From Dimorphilus gyrociliatus (lineage: Eukaryota; Animalia; Annelida): a DNA stretch of 64,000 nt. Positions within the stretch are counted from its first letter, which is position 1. The number at the start of each line of letters is the position of its first letter. The translations under genes and the position numbers were made by a program. The notes under the pieces were generated by a model. The model was given only the letters and a program-made list of their open reading frames with translations, had not been told where the DNA came from and did not search any database. This document shows, one piece after another, positions 1 to 13,333 of the stretch. The stretch lies in NCBI GenBank assembly GCA_904063045.1, contig CAJFCJ010000007.1, positions 368,819-432,818 of the forward strand. Direction: 5' to 3'.

Positions 1-1487
1 GTAAACCAGACAAAATTGTTATTAACGAATGCAATCCATTACACGAAGGTGCTGAGTTTACAGCAGTTGCAAAATTAGCAGACAGTGCAGGTTTTCTTGT
101 TACAAATCTTGGAGGTACTTGGAAAATGAAAGTGGAAATCCGTCATGGCTCAACGGCTAATGCAAATACAAAAATCCTTGGTGAAACAATTGTTTCAGTC
201 AGCTCGGGCTTCGCGGTATTTAGAAATTTAGCATTCTCACATTCTGGTGGTCCTTATTATTTGGATTTCTCGGTTGTTGAGCCAAGTAATTCAAATATTG
301 CCAAAGTATCATCGAAGGAAATCAACTTAATATCAAGACCAATAACTTTAATATCTAAGAAGAGTGTTACGAGAGTAATTAAAGCAGAACCATTCCACTT
401 TAAAATTGAATTGATGGATTCGGTAACGAAATCTAGAATTAGCAATGTTTCTTGGAAGGGTCAAAAATGGACTGCTAAAGCTCAATTAGCTAATATTCAC
501 AAGTCACAGGCCTGGAGTACATCAGGGGAAGTAGAATTCGATAATAACGGCTACGCTATTGTACACAACATATTTAATTCAACTGGCTTTTTCGCTGTAA
601 AAGTTATGGCTATCAGCAATGGAAATGAACTTGTTAAGGAGGAATTTGTGAGAGTCTTTGAAAAAACTCAGAAACCCGTTAAAGTAGATGTAACAAGACG
701 ACTTACTCTAAAGTTTAAAAATGACTTTTCATCTGTTGCTGATCATCTGACATCATTTGCAGTAGTGTTAGCAAATCACGTCAGAAAAATTAAAGAAGAG
801 GTAGAATTGAATAATTTTGCGTTTAGAGAAGGAAGTATTTTTGCTAACTTTTCGGTTGGTGGAGAGAATACAAATGTTAACGATGTCATAGAAACCTTAA
901 AAAATCAAATCAAAAAGGGTTTTGCCCTAGATTTCAATAGCAAAAAATTCTCAGCTCACCCATACTTTTACGTTGATGGAAAAGTTGTTGATGAGCTTGA
1001 TGGGCAGGAAACAGAAAAAGAGGAATCTAGTTCCCTTAGTACGGGTGCTATTGTTGGAATTGCAGTTGGATGTGGAATTGGAGTATTTATTATTGTACTC
1101 CTTGTTGTCGTTATAGTTGTTGTAACTAAGAATTCTAAAAAAGGTAGCATAAACAAAGACCGAATAAATGACAGTCCCCCACCACCGTATATTGGAAATC
1201 AGCCGCCTTCCTTGACGAAATACGACGAAATCAAAGTTATACCTTCAAAAGAAAGACGGTAAGGCGATTAGAATAATTTTTTCATCCCTTTTATATAATT
1301 CTTTATAATTAACAGTGACACGGATGCTTCATATATTTCTGGAAAAGTGTCGAGTTCCTCTTTAAGTATAGGAACCTTTGGCCCGGACTCAAGACCTGGA
1401 AGCTCCAGAAATGAAATCGTAACAAGCTTAACTCCAAATCCTAGTAGAAGAGCATCAGCAGCTGCTGTGCCTACAGTAAATGAATAA
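1..1487 (+). CDS. PKHD1L1: Fibrocystin-L (PKHD1L1)-like protein, C-terminal part (5' truncated by window); exons <1-1258 and 1316-1487
   Basis: Open frame from base 3 (KPDKIVINECNPLHEG...LGGTWKMKVEIRHG...GETIVSVSSGFAVFRNLAFSHSGGPYYLDFSV) resembles the fibrocystin-L C-terminal ectodomain. It is followed by an SEA-like segment (LTLKFKNDF...FREGSIFANF), a TM helix (GAIVGIAVGCGIGVFIIVLLVVVIVVV) and a PPPPY tail. GT at 1259 and AG at 1314-1315 join in frame to a last exon ending TAA 1485-1487. Confidence 0.7.
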
Positions 1488-3334
1488 AGTATTCTATATT
1501 TTGCCCTGCAGCTATAAAGATTTTAACAAGGAACTTATGAAAAACTTGAATATATATGATAAATATAAATTGTTATGTCGATATTAAATTTGAAAATCTC
1601 TAAAGTTATTGAACAGAAAATCAAATTTTATTTTTAAAAGAAAACAATAAGTTAATTTAACAATTAATATTTTCTCAGTCAATTGTTTCTGATTTTTGGT
1701 TAAAACCTCACTTGATATTTAGATAATACAAATACAGCATTTACACTATAAAAATCTGGTTTTAATTGTTCTTTTAAGTTACCAAAGATATTAAAATAAC
1801 AAGAGTTTATCTTCTGGAAAAGGATATGATATTGAAAAGTTACTTTTAGCAACGACCTGACTGTTGTTTTGCTTCTTTTTTTTTGGAATTTAATCAAAAA
1901 CTTTACTGATTTCACAGTAGATCTAATTCAAAAAGAAGAAGAGAGCAAACTCGCTTTAGCCTGATTCGTCTTCTTCTATTAGGAAAATGAAAAAGTATAG
2001 AAAATTCTAAATGACAGTTCGGCAGTTTATACGTTGATAGAATTTCTCATCCTCCTCTGCAATCTAGTTCCAATGAACTAATTAAAGGGTATGAAAATCT
2101 AGTGGTGGTTTCTACAGTAGAGATTCCGCCTCCTACCTACAGGTCTTCAAAAGGTTTTCCGTTCGTTTTCTTTCTTTATTTATGAGGTAAACATACTAAA
2201 GTCTTCAATTTTTTGACAAAACTCTGATAAGTATCTGTTACCGTTTGTACTGGAAAATCACACTGATGTCTATTAAAAAGACAGATATTATTAATAATGC
2301 TAATAAATAGTCAATTGTCATTCAATAGATAAATAAGAATTCGGCTTATTTATCATTAACTGGAGGTGTACAGCTCTTTTACTCAAGAATTAGCTCTATT
2401 CCATCAATTCGAAGATTCCTTTATACAAATTTACTATAAAGTATGCACGACAGAAAGATAAAACTCATTCTATTGGAATCAACTGACAAGTTGAAAATTC
2501 TATAATGTTTAAGACAGCTATTTTATCTTTCATAACTCACGAATCTTAGTCATCGACATGTCTTTTGCTCTTGATCTCTACTCCGAACAGTAAAGTAATG
2601 ACAACCTTTCTACAGGTAAGAGGAAAAATATCATCTCAATACTTGGTTACATGAATTTCCTATCTTAAGTAATTGCTTAATTTTTAATTAATCCAAAAAT
2701 ACCTTAAAAATTAGAACTTCCTAATTAACTCTTGGAATAATAATCATCGATAATAATATTCCTTCGCGACGCTTCTATCATCAATCTTACAACTGGGACA
2801 GTCGAAGTAACGCAAGCTTTCTTCAGTGGTGTAGAATACCCCCCTATAACCTCATCAACAGCCACTGAACACAGTAAACGCTATTACTATTTTAGCTAGA
2901 GGTTATTCATAGCCGTGATGTTATAGTATACAAGAAAATATTAGAAAACGCATTTTGATATTTAAGGAACCAGTTAAAATTTTAAATGAAAAACAAACTA
3001 TATAACTTGAAGTTAAATTATGTAAAGAAGAATATAGAAACACGAGATATTTAAAACTATTGAATAAATTATAAATTACAGTCCTATCAGGACAACAAAA
3101 GATCTATATATCAAAGTGAAGTAATCAGAAAAAGCAGTCACTCCATCTACAGTTTAATCTACAAATTGAAAATTTACCCAGATTTTTTATATTTTCTTCT
3201 TTAATTACTTAATAAACATCAACGCATCTATGATCTTTGATCAGTAGAAAAAAAAACAGGATAAGATTTTATTAATATGTCTTTAATATAATTGACACGT
3301 CAGAGGCAAATGGAGTACCAGTATAATGGTCAAG

Positions 3335-3930
3335 TACCTCGAATTTTCCATCGATAAATACTTATAAGAACTAGAATTGTAACTGATTAGTGTGACCTTA
3401 AAGAAGAACACAATCATAGCTGTAATAAGATTGAATATAGGAACACTCATTTCTACCTTTTTCACCCCTCTTTTTTACTAAATAGCTGGATCAGTGACGA
3501 TTTCTTTTCTTTTTCGAACTTTAAAGTAAATGCTTTCTAATTTGACTTTTTAAGGTTTCTATGACGCAGTCAGCATCTTGTTTTGATTCTACATCAGCAG
3601 AACTTTGACTAGGTTTAACTAACTTACTTCTTTTATTAATCTTAAGAATTTGCTATATTTTACACCTTATCCAACGGTTAAAACGTGATTAGTTAATGCT
3701 GTTCTAAACGATACCAGGTGATTAGCAATATATGAAAATTCATTTCTTAACTTAAGAGCGAGATGTCCAACGCTCTTAGCGTTAACAGGCTTTTGAGTTT
3801 CTTGGAAGACGCCCCTAAATTTTGCCTTAACAAGCGCGTTTCTATTGGTTACAGTAACCTTTTTAGTGAAAGCTACTGAACTAATCATATTGCATGTAAT
3901 TGTATAGCCTTTCTCCCCAAATTTCTCTCA
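3335..3930 (-). pseudogene. Inverted, decayed partial duplicate of the fibrocystin-L-like tail
   Basis: Minus-strand KFGEKGYTITCNMISS...ALVKAKFRGVFQETQKPVNAKSVGHLALKLRNEFSYIANHLVSFRTALTNHV aligns with EFDNNGYAIVHNIFNS...ELVKEEFVRVFEKTQKPVKVDVTRRLTLKFKNDFSSVADHLTSFAVVLANHV (nt ~535-790). A 19-nt exact match gtcatagaaaccttaaaaa (VIETLK) and FIDGKFEVLD vs YVDGKVVDELD follow. Several in-frame stops and a frameshift. Confidence 0.75.
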
Positions 3931-5484
3931 TAGTATGTCGAATAAGTTTTAGGATACAAGTATTACTTAATTAAAGTTCCTGGACCCATGTAAAATACCT
4001 CTCTAATGGATTTCTAGGTAGATGAGAAAATTAAATTGCTATTATTTTAAATATACCACAGCTATTGCGTTATAAATCATTTTCTATTGTCCAATCACAA
4101 TCAAGATATTTTCTTAGCATAAAACCAAAAAAATTCAAATACTTTTTAATAACAGTAAACTAAATTACGTAAGTTTCGAACACTTTTAAAGCTTAAAAAT
4201 AGGTTCTATTTGATTTTAACAATTTTGTTAAAGTGGTTCTTCGTGGAAACAATTATTTTTTTCTTAAACCTATTACGATGTTTTATTTACTTACTTTGTA
4301 GCCTTTTTGCATAAATTTATCCAAGCCCCAGTTTTAAGATTTGCAGCAGAAAAAATGTAATAAGAATTAGAATGTTCATTTTATTCGATAGTATCTGTCT
4401 ATTTTGACAAACCTTTTACTCTTATCTTATCGATAAAAGTTTCGATATGGAAAAACATGACAACTTTATCTTAAACTCTGCTATCCCTATTCATCAACCA
4501 GGTCAAAAAACTCTATAATTTTTATTTTATCGCGCAAGAAGAATCTACTTTTAACACAGATTTGCCTCTGTTTATACACATATTATTACATAACATTATT
4601 GAATATTTATGTCATGAAAGATAAGATAAAAAATAAATCTTAGTTTCTGTTCACAAATTATTTACACATAAAGCGAGTGATTGCACAATAAATGCCATTA
4701 GTCAAGACAAACTCGTTCTTCTTGTCGGAAGCCAACAAATATCTGGATTACTCGGACAATACTTCGATCTTTTCCAGATTCCCTAATATTAAGGCTAATT
4801 AACTATTAGTATGTTAATGCATGTTTTTTATTCCATTGATAGCTGTTTAATATCAAGTGAGAGCGGGCTGGAGGGAAAATGAAATATATCTCTGCTGTTT
4901 TATATTTTCCAGACATATTGTATTAAGGTCAACGTTAAGAGTGAAAAAGACACAAAAAAACATCTTAATCTATTGTTGAAAGGATTTATATAGTTTGTAA
5001 CAAAAGACGCAATTTACAGAAGATAAGAAATTCAATTTACTTAGACGAGACAGTTTGTCAAACTCTTAGAAAAGTTAGTGAATGAACAAAAGCTTTGCTC
5101 TTTGTAATGGAATATATTTAACACCACAAAAGTTACTTTTAAATAACAAAGGAAAAAATACACAAAGTTTGACAAATGGTAGAATGCTCAAAAGAGAAAA
5201 GAGAAACCAAGCGAAAACATTATCAAGAACGCCGGAAGGATGAATTTCAACGATGGTATATAGTGTCAAGAACATACAAGTACTGGAAGCGGAAATACTA
5301 TCTTTTTTAACAGTTGCCAATAGCTCGACTAGTAGTATAAAGTTAATATGTCCTAAAAGGAATTTTCTTATTAGACTGTCTATAAGTGCAAAGAATGCAA
5401 CACTTTACAAAACAATAAATATAACCTATTCATTGATATTGTATGTAATTTATAATATTTCATTAACAAAACAAAGTAAAAGGA

Positions 5485-5504
5485 AGAGAGAGAGAGAGAG
5501 AGAG
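5485..5504. repeat. (AG)n microsatellite
   Basis: About 10 perfect AG units. Confidence 0.95.
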
Positions 5505-5714
5505 AAGATACATATAGAAAAGATAATAATTATAATTCTTGTATTTATTCAACATACTAATTTCATATTCTTATTTTCTCCTATGAAACCCGTAATTCTT
5601 ATATTTAGTTTCTTTTGTTGAAGAAAAGAAGTATTTACAGGAATTATTGCTTTTTTTTACTTTCAATATAATAAAAAATAAAAATTTTTATAAAAAATAT
5701 ATTTTCTCTTCTTT

Positions 5715-6976
5715 CTAACTGCAGATAACATCTCTTTCTGAAAATTCACCACTTTTATATCTAATTATACTTTGTGCAGTTGTACTTCCGGCAATAAAGA
5801 AACCAAGAATGACAAACAGTATTCCGAAACCAGTTTTCACCAAATCTTTTATTCTTCCGCCGTATTTTGATACATTTAATAAATTTGCGTGCATAAACGA
5901 TAAACCTTAACGTGATGGAATAAGTGTTTATGTTAAGTTAAAGGCTTTTTATGTAAATTTTATATCTCTTACCAGGGAAAACGAAAATGAAAAGAGCGGC
6001 CGTACCGCCTAAAAGTGCAATTACACTACCGATTGTAGGTACCGCTTGAGCAACTATTAAAGATATCATAAAAAGGACTGTAGTAATAATGTATCGTCTT
6101 TTGCGTTCGTGTTGTTCGTATTCCAATTTGAAGCTATACCGAACCAGGTCATCAATTACCAACCTATAAGAAAAAAGGAAAATATACGTTATATTCTTAA
6201 TCTAAAACTCTTTACTGTTGAGTATTTAACAAACAAAAATTTGAATGGTTACTCCATCTAGTGTTTAATACTCAAGATTTTTGTAGGTTTTCCAATCGTT
6301 CTTTTTTCAATTAATTATTATAAATGTTGACAAACCTTGCGCAGTAGAAAACAGCAGGATATGTTGTGATAACTTTTAAGGCTATAATTGCCATGGCAAT
6401 GATAACTGGAACATCTGTACGATAGCTAAGAAGAAAATCGCTTTTAACAGATTCGCCAAATGTCAAGAAACCGAATGCTCCTATAATTGTGTAAATAGTG
6501 CAGGACATGAAAAGAGAGGACGCAATAGCCCTTGCAAATTCTGATAGGTTACGCTTCTTTAAACAAGCATAAACTGGAACTGATTCAATGTGACCCTGTA
6601 AAAGAAAAAAGAAATATCCATTACATAATACTATCGCCATCTAGTAGATATAAAAGTTAGAATTGTACTTTTGAAACTAACTTCAAAACTAAAACATATC
6701 GTTGGCATAACTTTAAATATCTCTAGCCATCTGTCGGCCCTATATTCAGGCAGATCAACTGGATCAGTGTTGGTACTATATTTGTATATTGATAGACCTA
6801 GAATATAGAGGACAGCAAATATGCCCAACATGCTGTAAACATAAAACAAATTTATCATTAATAAAGGCTTTGGTAATAATACAGAATGTACAATATACTG
6901 CGTACTTTGTACATTCCCGTTTAAATAAATCATTATACGAATCGTCTCTCCATGACTATCTCTGTCTAATTGCCCG

Positions 6977-7028
<52 letters not shown>

Positions 7029-8120
7029 TCTCTCTTATTTTATTAATTATAACAATTGATCAACGGCATAAAACGAGGTTAATAGCATTTGAATATTCAT
7101 AAGTTTTTACACACCTTATAAATTTAAAGTCGCTTATAACTTTCGGGTAGCAGAAGGGCAGAATCAGAATAATGCTGATTACAGTGAGAGTAAAAGTTCT
7201 GCACATGTACCAATAATGACAAAAAGTTAATCCGTATCCATACGATGTAACTGTTATAATTAATTATCTTTAATTGTCTAATTAATGAAGTATTTAAAAA
7301 TTTATATTTACTTACTCTGATCTATTTGATCTCCTAGAATCACGAGAAATGTTATACAAGATCCAAAATTATGAATAAAAATGAATAAATTACAAACAAC
7401 AAGGGCTACAGGTCCGGCGTGGGAATGAAGGACATCCTGATAAGTATTATCACCCTTTACATCAGATGCATAGGCTAAGAACATAAAAGCAGTTGAGGCG
7501 AACAATAGGCATATCTGTTTCCATTGTGAAGGAAGAAAAAGGGAATGAAGACCTTTACTTTTATATATTAAAATACGCCAAATGTGCGTATGTACTAAAT
7601 ATATACTATATATATACTAATATATATATATATCCATTATATGTAGTTTACTGTATCTTTTATCTCTTATACTGAGTTAACGATAACTTATATTAGTTGA
7701 TGTATAAACTATATATATATATATTTAAAGTAATTACAAATTATGTTTTAATTATGATGATAATTACCGCTTGAATTGTAATTGCCTGAGGTATTCCTCC
7801 AGCGTCCTTATAGGCCGCCGGAAAATTTAATAGGCCTACTCCAAGAGTTATATTAGCAATAATAAATGAAGAACTTAACCAGCCAGTCTCTAAAGTAAAT
7901 AAAACGTTTCTGTTAATTTAGTATAAAATTGTCATACAGATGAATTTTTTTATGAATAGAAATAATAAATATGATTGTTAGTAAAGAAAATATATCAAAT
8001 TATTAACTTACTTTGAATAGTATCCACGTGTAAAGTAGTACTGGATGTTCTAACCTTCTTACCGGAAGAGGTGAGAAGTGGTTGCCTCTCCGATTCTTCA
8101 CTTTTGTCGAAGGAACCCAT
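5715..8120 (-). CDS. SLC38A7: Sodium-coupled neutral amino acid transporter, SLC38A7/8-like (multi-exon)
   Basis: Spliced exons give MGSFDKSEESERQPLL (dileucine lysosomal sorting motif), SSFIIANITLGVGLLNFPAAYKDAGG, TYQDVLHSHAG...NFGSCITFLVILGDQ, VMPTICFSFEGHIESVPVY, YTIIGAFGFLTFGESVKSDFLLSY, TIGSVIALLGGTAALFIFVFPG. ATG at 8120-8118, TAG at 5717-5715, canonical splice sites. Confidence 0.9.
6983..7034. repeat. Compound (TC)n(AC)n microsatellite in SLC38A7 intron
   Basis: Direct tandem dinucleotide runs. Confidence 0.95.
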
Positions 8121-9908
8121 TCCTTGATTTAAGATCTGTAGAGCAATGCCCGTAGCAAAATACTTTTCAGGATAATACTTGGACTATATACTCCTCAAAT
8201 AGGCTTAAACTACATTAGTGTAAAGTTACAAGTACTAAGTGTTAGGCAAAATTGTAATTTTTTATAAGACTTCTTTTACCTGTTTAGTGACCTATCGAAA
8301 TTTTTTGATTATATCAGTTATACATATATATATATAGATGTATGTATAGATCACTAACAAATAGACAAACCTAGTTAAATGGCTAAGGAAACTGGTTAAT
8401 CTCTCTCCTAGTTCATTCAAATACAGTCACAATTGGCTTTACATTTGTTCAAATCAATTGTCAAGCTACAGATAGGAGCTTTACGATTATGATAAGATAA
8501 AAATATTTTGGTTAACTGATAAGCGTGGATATCCCCCTCAATTACTTTATTATGTAGGCTTAATCATTCTATTTATATCTACATGTATCAAACAATCAAA
8601 TCTCTTCTTCCAGAACGAAGAGAATTGAATGAAAAGAAAAGGTTTTGGTTATATTACAATGGAAATGAAATACTTTTTTCCTAACCTTTGGAATATACAG
8701 AAACAAATTATCCTATCTAATCTTCGCTTCCAGTACATTTGATGTATTTTACCTCTTTTATTACCCTGTTTCTATATATTAATAATAATAATAATAATAA
8801 TAATACAAATTGACTTATTAATTTTCTATGTTGTTTATTTAATAAGTAATTTTTAATGTTAAAAAATATTATTCAACTTTTCGCCAAATGCACATAAGAC
8901 CTGACTGCAAAGAAAAGAAAATATTATCCTCTTCCTGTTTTCTTTGTCACATCCATCTTTTCCCTATTTATCTATCTATCAGCCTATCTATATATCTATT
9001 TAAACCTTTTCAATTTCTGCTTCGTAGTATTCTAATAGATGCAAAGAAAGAGAAATGGTGTCAGAAATTACAAAAATCTAAACCAAGAGTGCTTAGGATT
9101 CTTATTATGTCTGAAATATGATGAAAATTAGCTTAAAGAAGCTAATTTTAACTCTTTTAATGATATAATCGCTGCGTCTATATTTTTGTTTATATAGATA
9201 AGGAAGCTATCTAAAGCATAGAGAGATAGAGAATATCTTAAATTCTTTTTTTTGCATAGGACAATAAAAATAGGATAAATGGACTCTAAAAGTATAAACT
9301 TGTCGGAAATTATGGCACAACTCTATGTTCTAACTGCAGACAGCGCTTCTAAATAATTAATTTTCTTTATTATTTTCCTCTTTTTTCAGCTTATGAACCT
9401 TGTTATCTGTACTTCTCTACCTTGACACTCACTCTCTTCCTCCATCATTATATCACGGCTCCCTCTCCCTCTCCCCAACCATCTCCCCACCTCTCTATTT
9501 CTTTCATTCACTCACACACTCACACTCCCACACATACACAGTTACACAGACATTTTACTCGCTCTGCCTCTCTATCTCTCTCAGTCTCACTCCCTCAGCC
9601 ACCGTATCGCTCATACCGCTCATTCCCTTTCTCTTTTTCGAGCTTGGTTGAGCACCTGTTGTAATACCCGCAACATATTTCTATTGTAAAGTTTCAAATC
9701 TACTATAAATTATTTTATATATTTAATCCCGCACGAAAATAAAACCATAGAGGGAGTTTGAAAGATGAAAATCTAGTTTTTTTTCCCCCAAACAAGTTTA
9801 CCACGAAGCGATTTAAAAACTAGAATGACGGGAGAATACCTACCGATGCCCGGCTTCTGTCCGGGGTTAAGGATTAAGGACTATTCTTGTTTTATATGGG
9901 CTAAACTA

Positions 9909-11250
9909 ATGGAACCTGCTGATGGACTTTTGGATAATTATGATTATAGTAAGTTGAATATATATACTAATATATATGTATATATTTAAACAAAGAGATT
10001 CTATATGTAAACATTTTGGATTATTACTTGAATTGTCTATTTGCAATTATCTGTTTTTAGTATTCAGTAAACGAATTTTTACTTTAATAATACTTCTAGA
10101 TATTATTGGCAATGAGAGTTCAGGGCCATTGACTGACTCCTATGACATGATGGATAATGATATGTCTGACTACGAGAATCTTTTAACGGATACTATTGAA
10201 GTGAAAACGACAAGAATTTGTAATATTTATTTTTTACCTTGCTTAGCCTTAATCGGACTTATTGGTAATAGTATGCTAATGACTGTCTATCCCAGCTTAT
10301 CTCGAATAGTCTCTTCTACTTATTTATATCTTATGGCATCTTGTCCTGCGGATATTGCTATAATTCTAGTCAGATTGGTGAATGAATGGTTAGCTAAAGC
10401 CTTTTATTTGGATACAAATGTCCTAATATTGATAAAAGCCCAAGCGGCATGTAAAGTTTATCCTTTGGTTTTTAATTTTTTCTTCTATATGGGAAGATGG
10501 AGTCTTTTACTGGCAGTTGCCGACGGAGCCATAAGATCATGCGGGCGTCATCCACCAGCTAATTCTTTACACTCATGTCGAGCTGTACTTTATCTGTTTA
10601 CAGTCCTTTTCATCTTCCTTAATGGTCATTACTTCTGGTCGTTTCACCTTACTATAAATAGAATGAGAACTCAATTTCAGTGTCATTTTACACAAAATTT
10701 CTCGGGAGCCCAGCAAATCAGCAGTTTTCCCGATCTTATTTGGCCAATAGTCGATTTTCTAGTTGGTGACCTCATACCACTTTTTGTTGTACTAGGAGGG
10801 TCATTCATAATTCTTTATAAAAGATGCAGGGGCAAGGATGCTCCTCTTAGAACGTATAAACACAGCGCAAGACCATTGGGTGTGTACGAATTACAAATTC
10901 TACTTGCGTCAATTGGACTTTCTCACGTTATCTTGAATTCTCCAAAAATATGCTATACAATTCTAAAATACTATTCGGAGAATTATAGCGCAAATACAGA
11001 TAGCGAAGATTTGGTCAAGTTAATTCATTCAGTAGCAACAACTTGCGAAGGCGTTTACTTTTCGCTTAAATTTTTTATCGTGTTAGCAAGTAGCGGGGTA
11101 TTTCGAGCAGTCTTTAGACAAATGGTTATTGTAACGACAACTTTAAAAATGCTTCGTAGAATCAGACATCCAAGAGCTCGATCAGCAGAAGAAGATGCTT
11201 TCATAGAAGTTTCCTCTCAAGATAAATGGTACGAACCATATCAAGCTTGA
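9909..11250 (+). CDS. Orphan class A (rhodopsin-like) GPCR, FMRFamide/GPR139-type peptide receptor family; exons 9909-9948 and 10100-11250
   Basis: Seven hydrophobic segments with GN in TM1 (LIGLIGNS), YLxxxxxxD in TM2, CK at the start of TM3, W..D...D.IP in TM5, P in TM6 and FR in helix 8. The short first exon MEPADGLLDNYDY ends in gtaagt and joins in phase 1 to the ag at 10098-10099. Confidence 0.85.
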
Positions 11251-13333
11251 ATATTCAACAAAAAAGTAGAACTATTATTACAAGAAAAGAATAGCCATGA
11301 AAAAAAAACAGAAAGAGACAGATAAGTGACGAAGAGGAGGAAAAAGAAAATGAATAATCAAGAAAACTGATCAGAATATCATATATTTATTTTCTCTCTA
11401 TTTTGATATCTAACTAAATAAAAATACAACAAAAACGATGTTTTATATTAAAAAAAAAATATATATATATATATATATATGTATGTATTAAAAACAATTT
11501 ACACTAGTCTTCTTCCCTTTGTCTGTACTGAAAATTCAATAACAATATTAGATATGGGATTAAAGTTATATTAAATCTCTTTATTAATTTTTACTTTATT
11601 CCCTACTAACCCGGATAACTCTTTTAAGGAAAATAAAACAAGAGACGTCTAGTAAATAGAAAATTTCAATTATAATCACAGACGCTATTTTTGCGTGATT
11701 ATTATATATATACAGTATATACTCTATACATATGTAGTATAGTCTCCGAGTTTACGCTATTATTTTCAATTAAGTATATCTAACATTTTCCCATAATATA
11801 ATAAAATAATGCAAGTCTGCTGTAACATATGTTTTAATAAATAAAAAAAATTAAACAGAGATGATAGGCTGAAATTTCTATGTTTTTATTATGTTTACAG
11901 CACTTATTATCCAAAATAGATAATAGTTTTGTAGTAGAGTAAAACAGAAAAGGGGAAAGAATATACTTATATATATTGTATTTATAACCTTCTTTCAGTA
12001 TTGTACAATTGCAATCTATGTAGTAATAAGAAGAGATCAAATTATATAGATAAACTATACAGTATACAGTATCGTATTCTATATAAAAAATTTCGTAACA
12101 AAGTTAATAACTTGAATATATAATGATTCTATCTATTTTTTAAAAATATCTAAATACTATTTAAATTGATTACTAATCAATTATTTTTTATGCTACATTT
12201 CGCCATAAAATCTTGATTTAATTGTTATGAAAGAATTGATGACTCTCTTGGCAAGGTTAATTCTTAGAAAGCCTAGTGAATGTAACCTTTCCCAACCTTG
12301 AACCTATAAAATGTTTAAAGTTTATAATATAGTATTTGAACAAATGCATTAAATAACTGTTTCAAATATTGTCTTACAGAAAATCCCACTTTAAACCTAA
12401 ATTATTCTTTAAAAGTTAAGTATTTTTAATATTGAAATAATATCATAGAAAAAAAACATATATACCAAGTGTTATCTATTATCTTCTATTTCCCAATCAT
12501 ATATCACTGAATAGGATTATTCAAAATTTTGATTCAATACGCTTTAAAATATCTTCATTTTTCATCGGCTTTCCCAATCAGTTTCATCATTTGCATTCGT
12601 GTCCTAACATACAGTCATTATATATTACAGACACTAGCAATAGAAATAGCTTTATGGGAATATTCCTTTTATTACAGTTTGGAACATGGAGAATAATTTG
12701 ATGAATTTTATTATTGCGAAAACTCCCTATCGTAGACCTTTGGCTGGAACTAATCTAAACCTGATATTTTTTTATAAAGCATAGTACAAAAACCCTTCTA
12801 CAAACTCAAGTTGATCAAAAGTCTTCCGGTATATACTTTAGACATTAGTCAAAAGAAGCCTATTTATGATCAATAATCAACGGTTACTTTTAGATGTCCT
12901 GTTGCTACCATGATTGGCATTTCGTGTATATACAGCTATACCTTCTTTTTACAAACGAAAAAAGGCCCGATTCATTATATATTTTATAAATATATATATT
13001 AATATCTTTGAATTTAATCGTAACGCCATCTATGAAATTGGCCATTATATTACTTCATCTTTTGTTACTTTTAAATATAAACGATCTATTTTATCAAGTA
13101 TCCTACTTATAGATGGCACTACAAAACTACCGGCACGTATTATTTTGCTATTATATAGTTCCATCAATATCGCTCGTGTTATGAATTCCTAGATCAGACG
13201 CGCATAAACAATCGTTTAACCGACCGATTGAGTGTTGTGCAAAAGAACTTAAAAAAATCAGTCTCGCAAATTTAGTCGAAAGTCTTCTTTCAACGGCTCA
13301 TACTTGTATTGATTCAAAATACAAGAAAACAAC

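Noticed and set aside
5075-5400. Hydrophobic minus-strand ORF with a TM4-like VFAWFLFSLLSILPF
   Set aside because: T-rich strands give F/L/I by chance; no other GPCR motifs or splice context found.
9400-9664. Two overlapping ORFs rich in Ser/Leu/His/Thr
   Set aside because: They are translations of a CT/CA-rich pyrimidine tract upstream of the GPCR; no coding signature.
12550-13200. Slightly GC-richer, coding-looking stretch 3' of RPL18
   Set aside because: All frames are interrupted and no recognisable motif is present.
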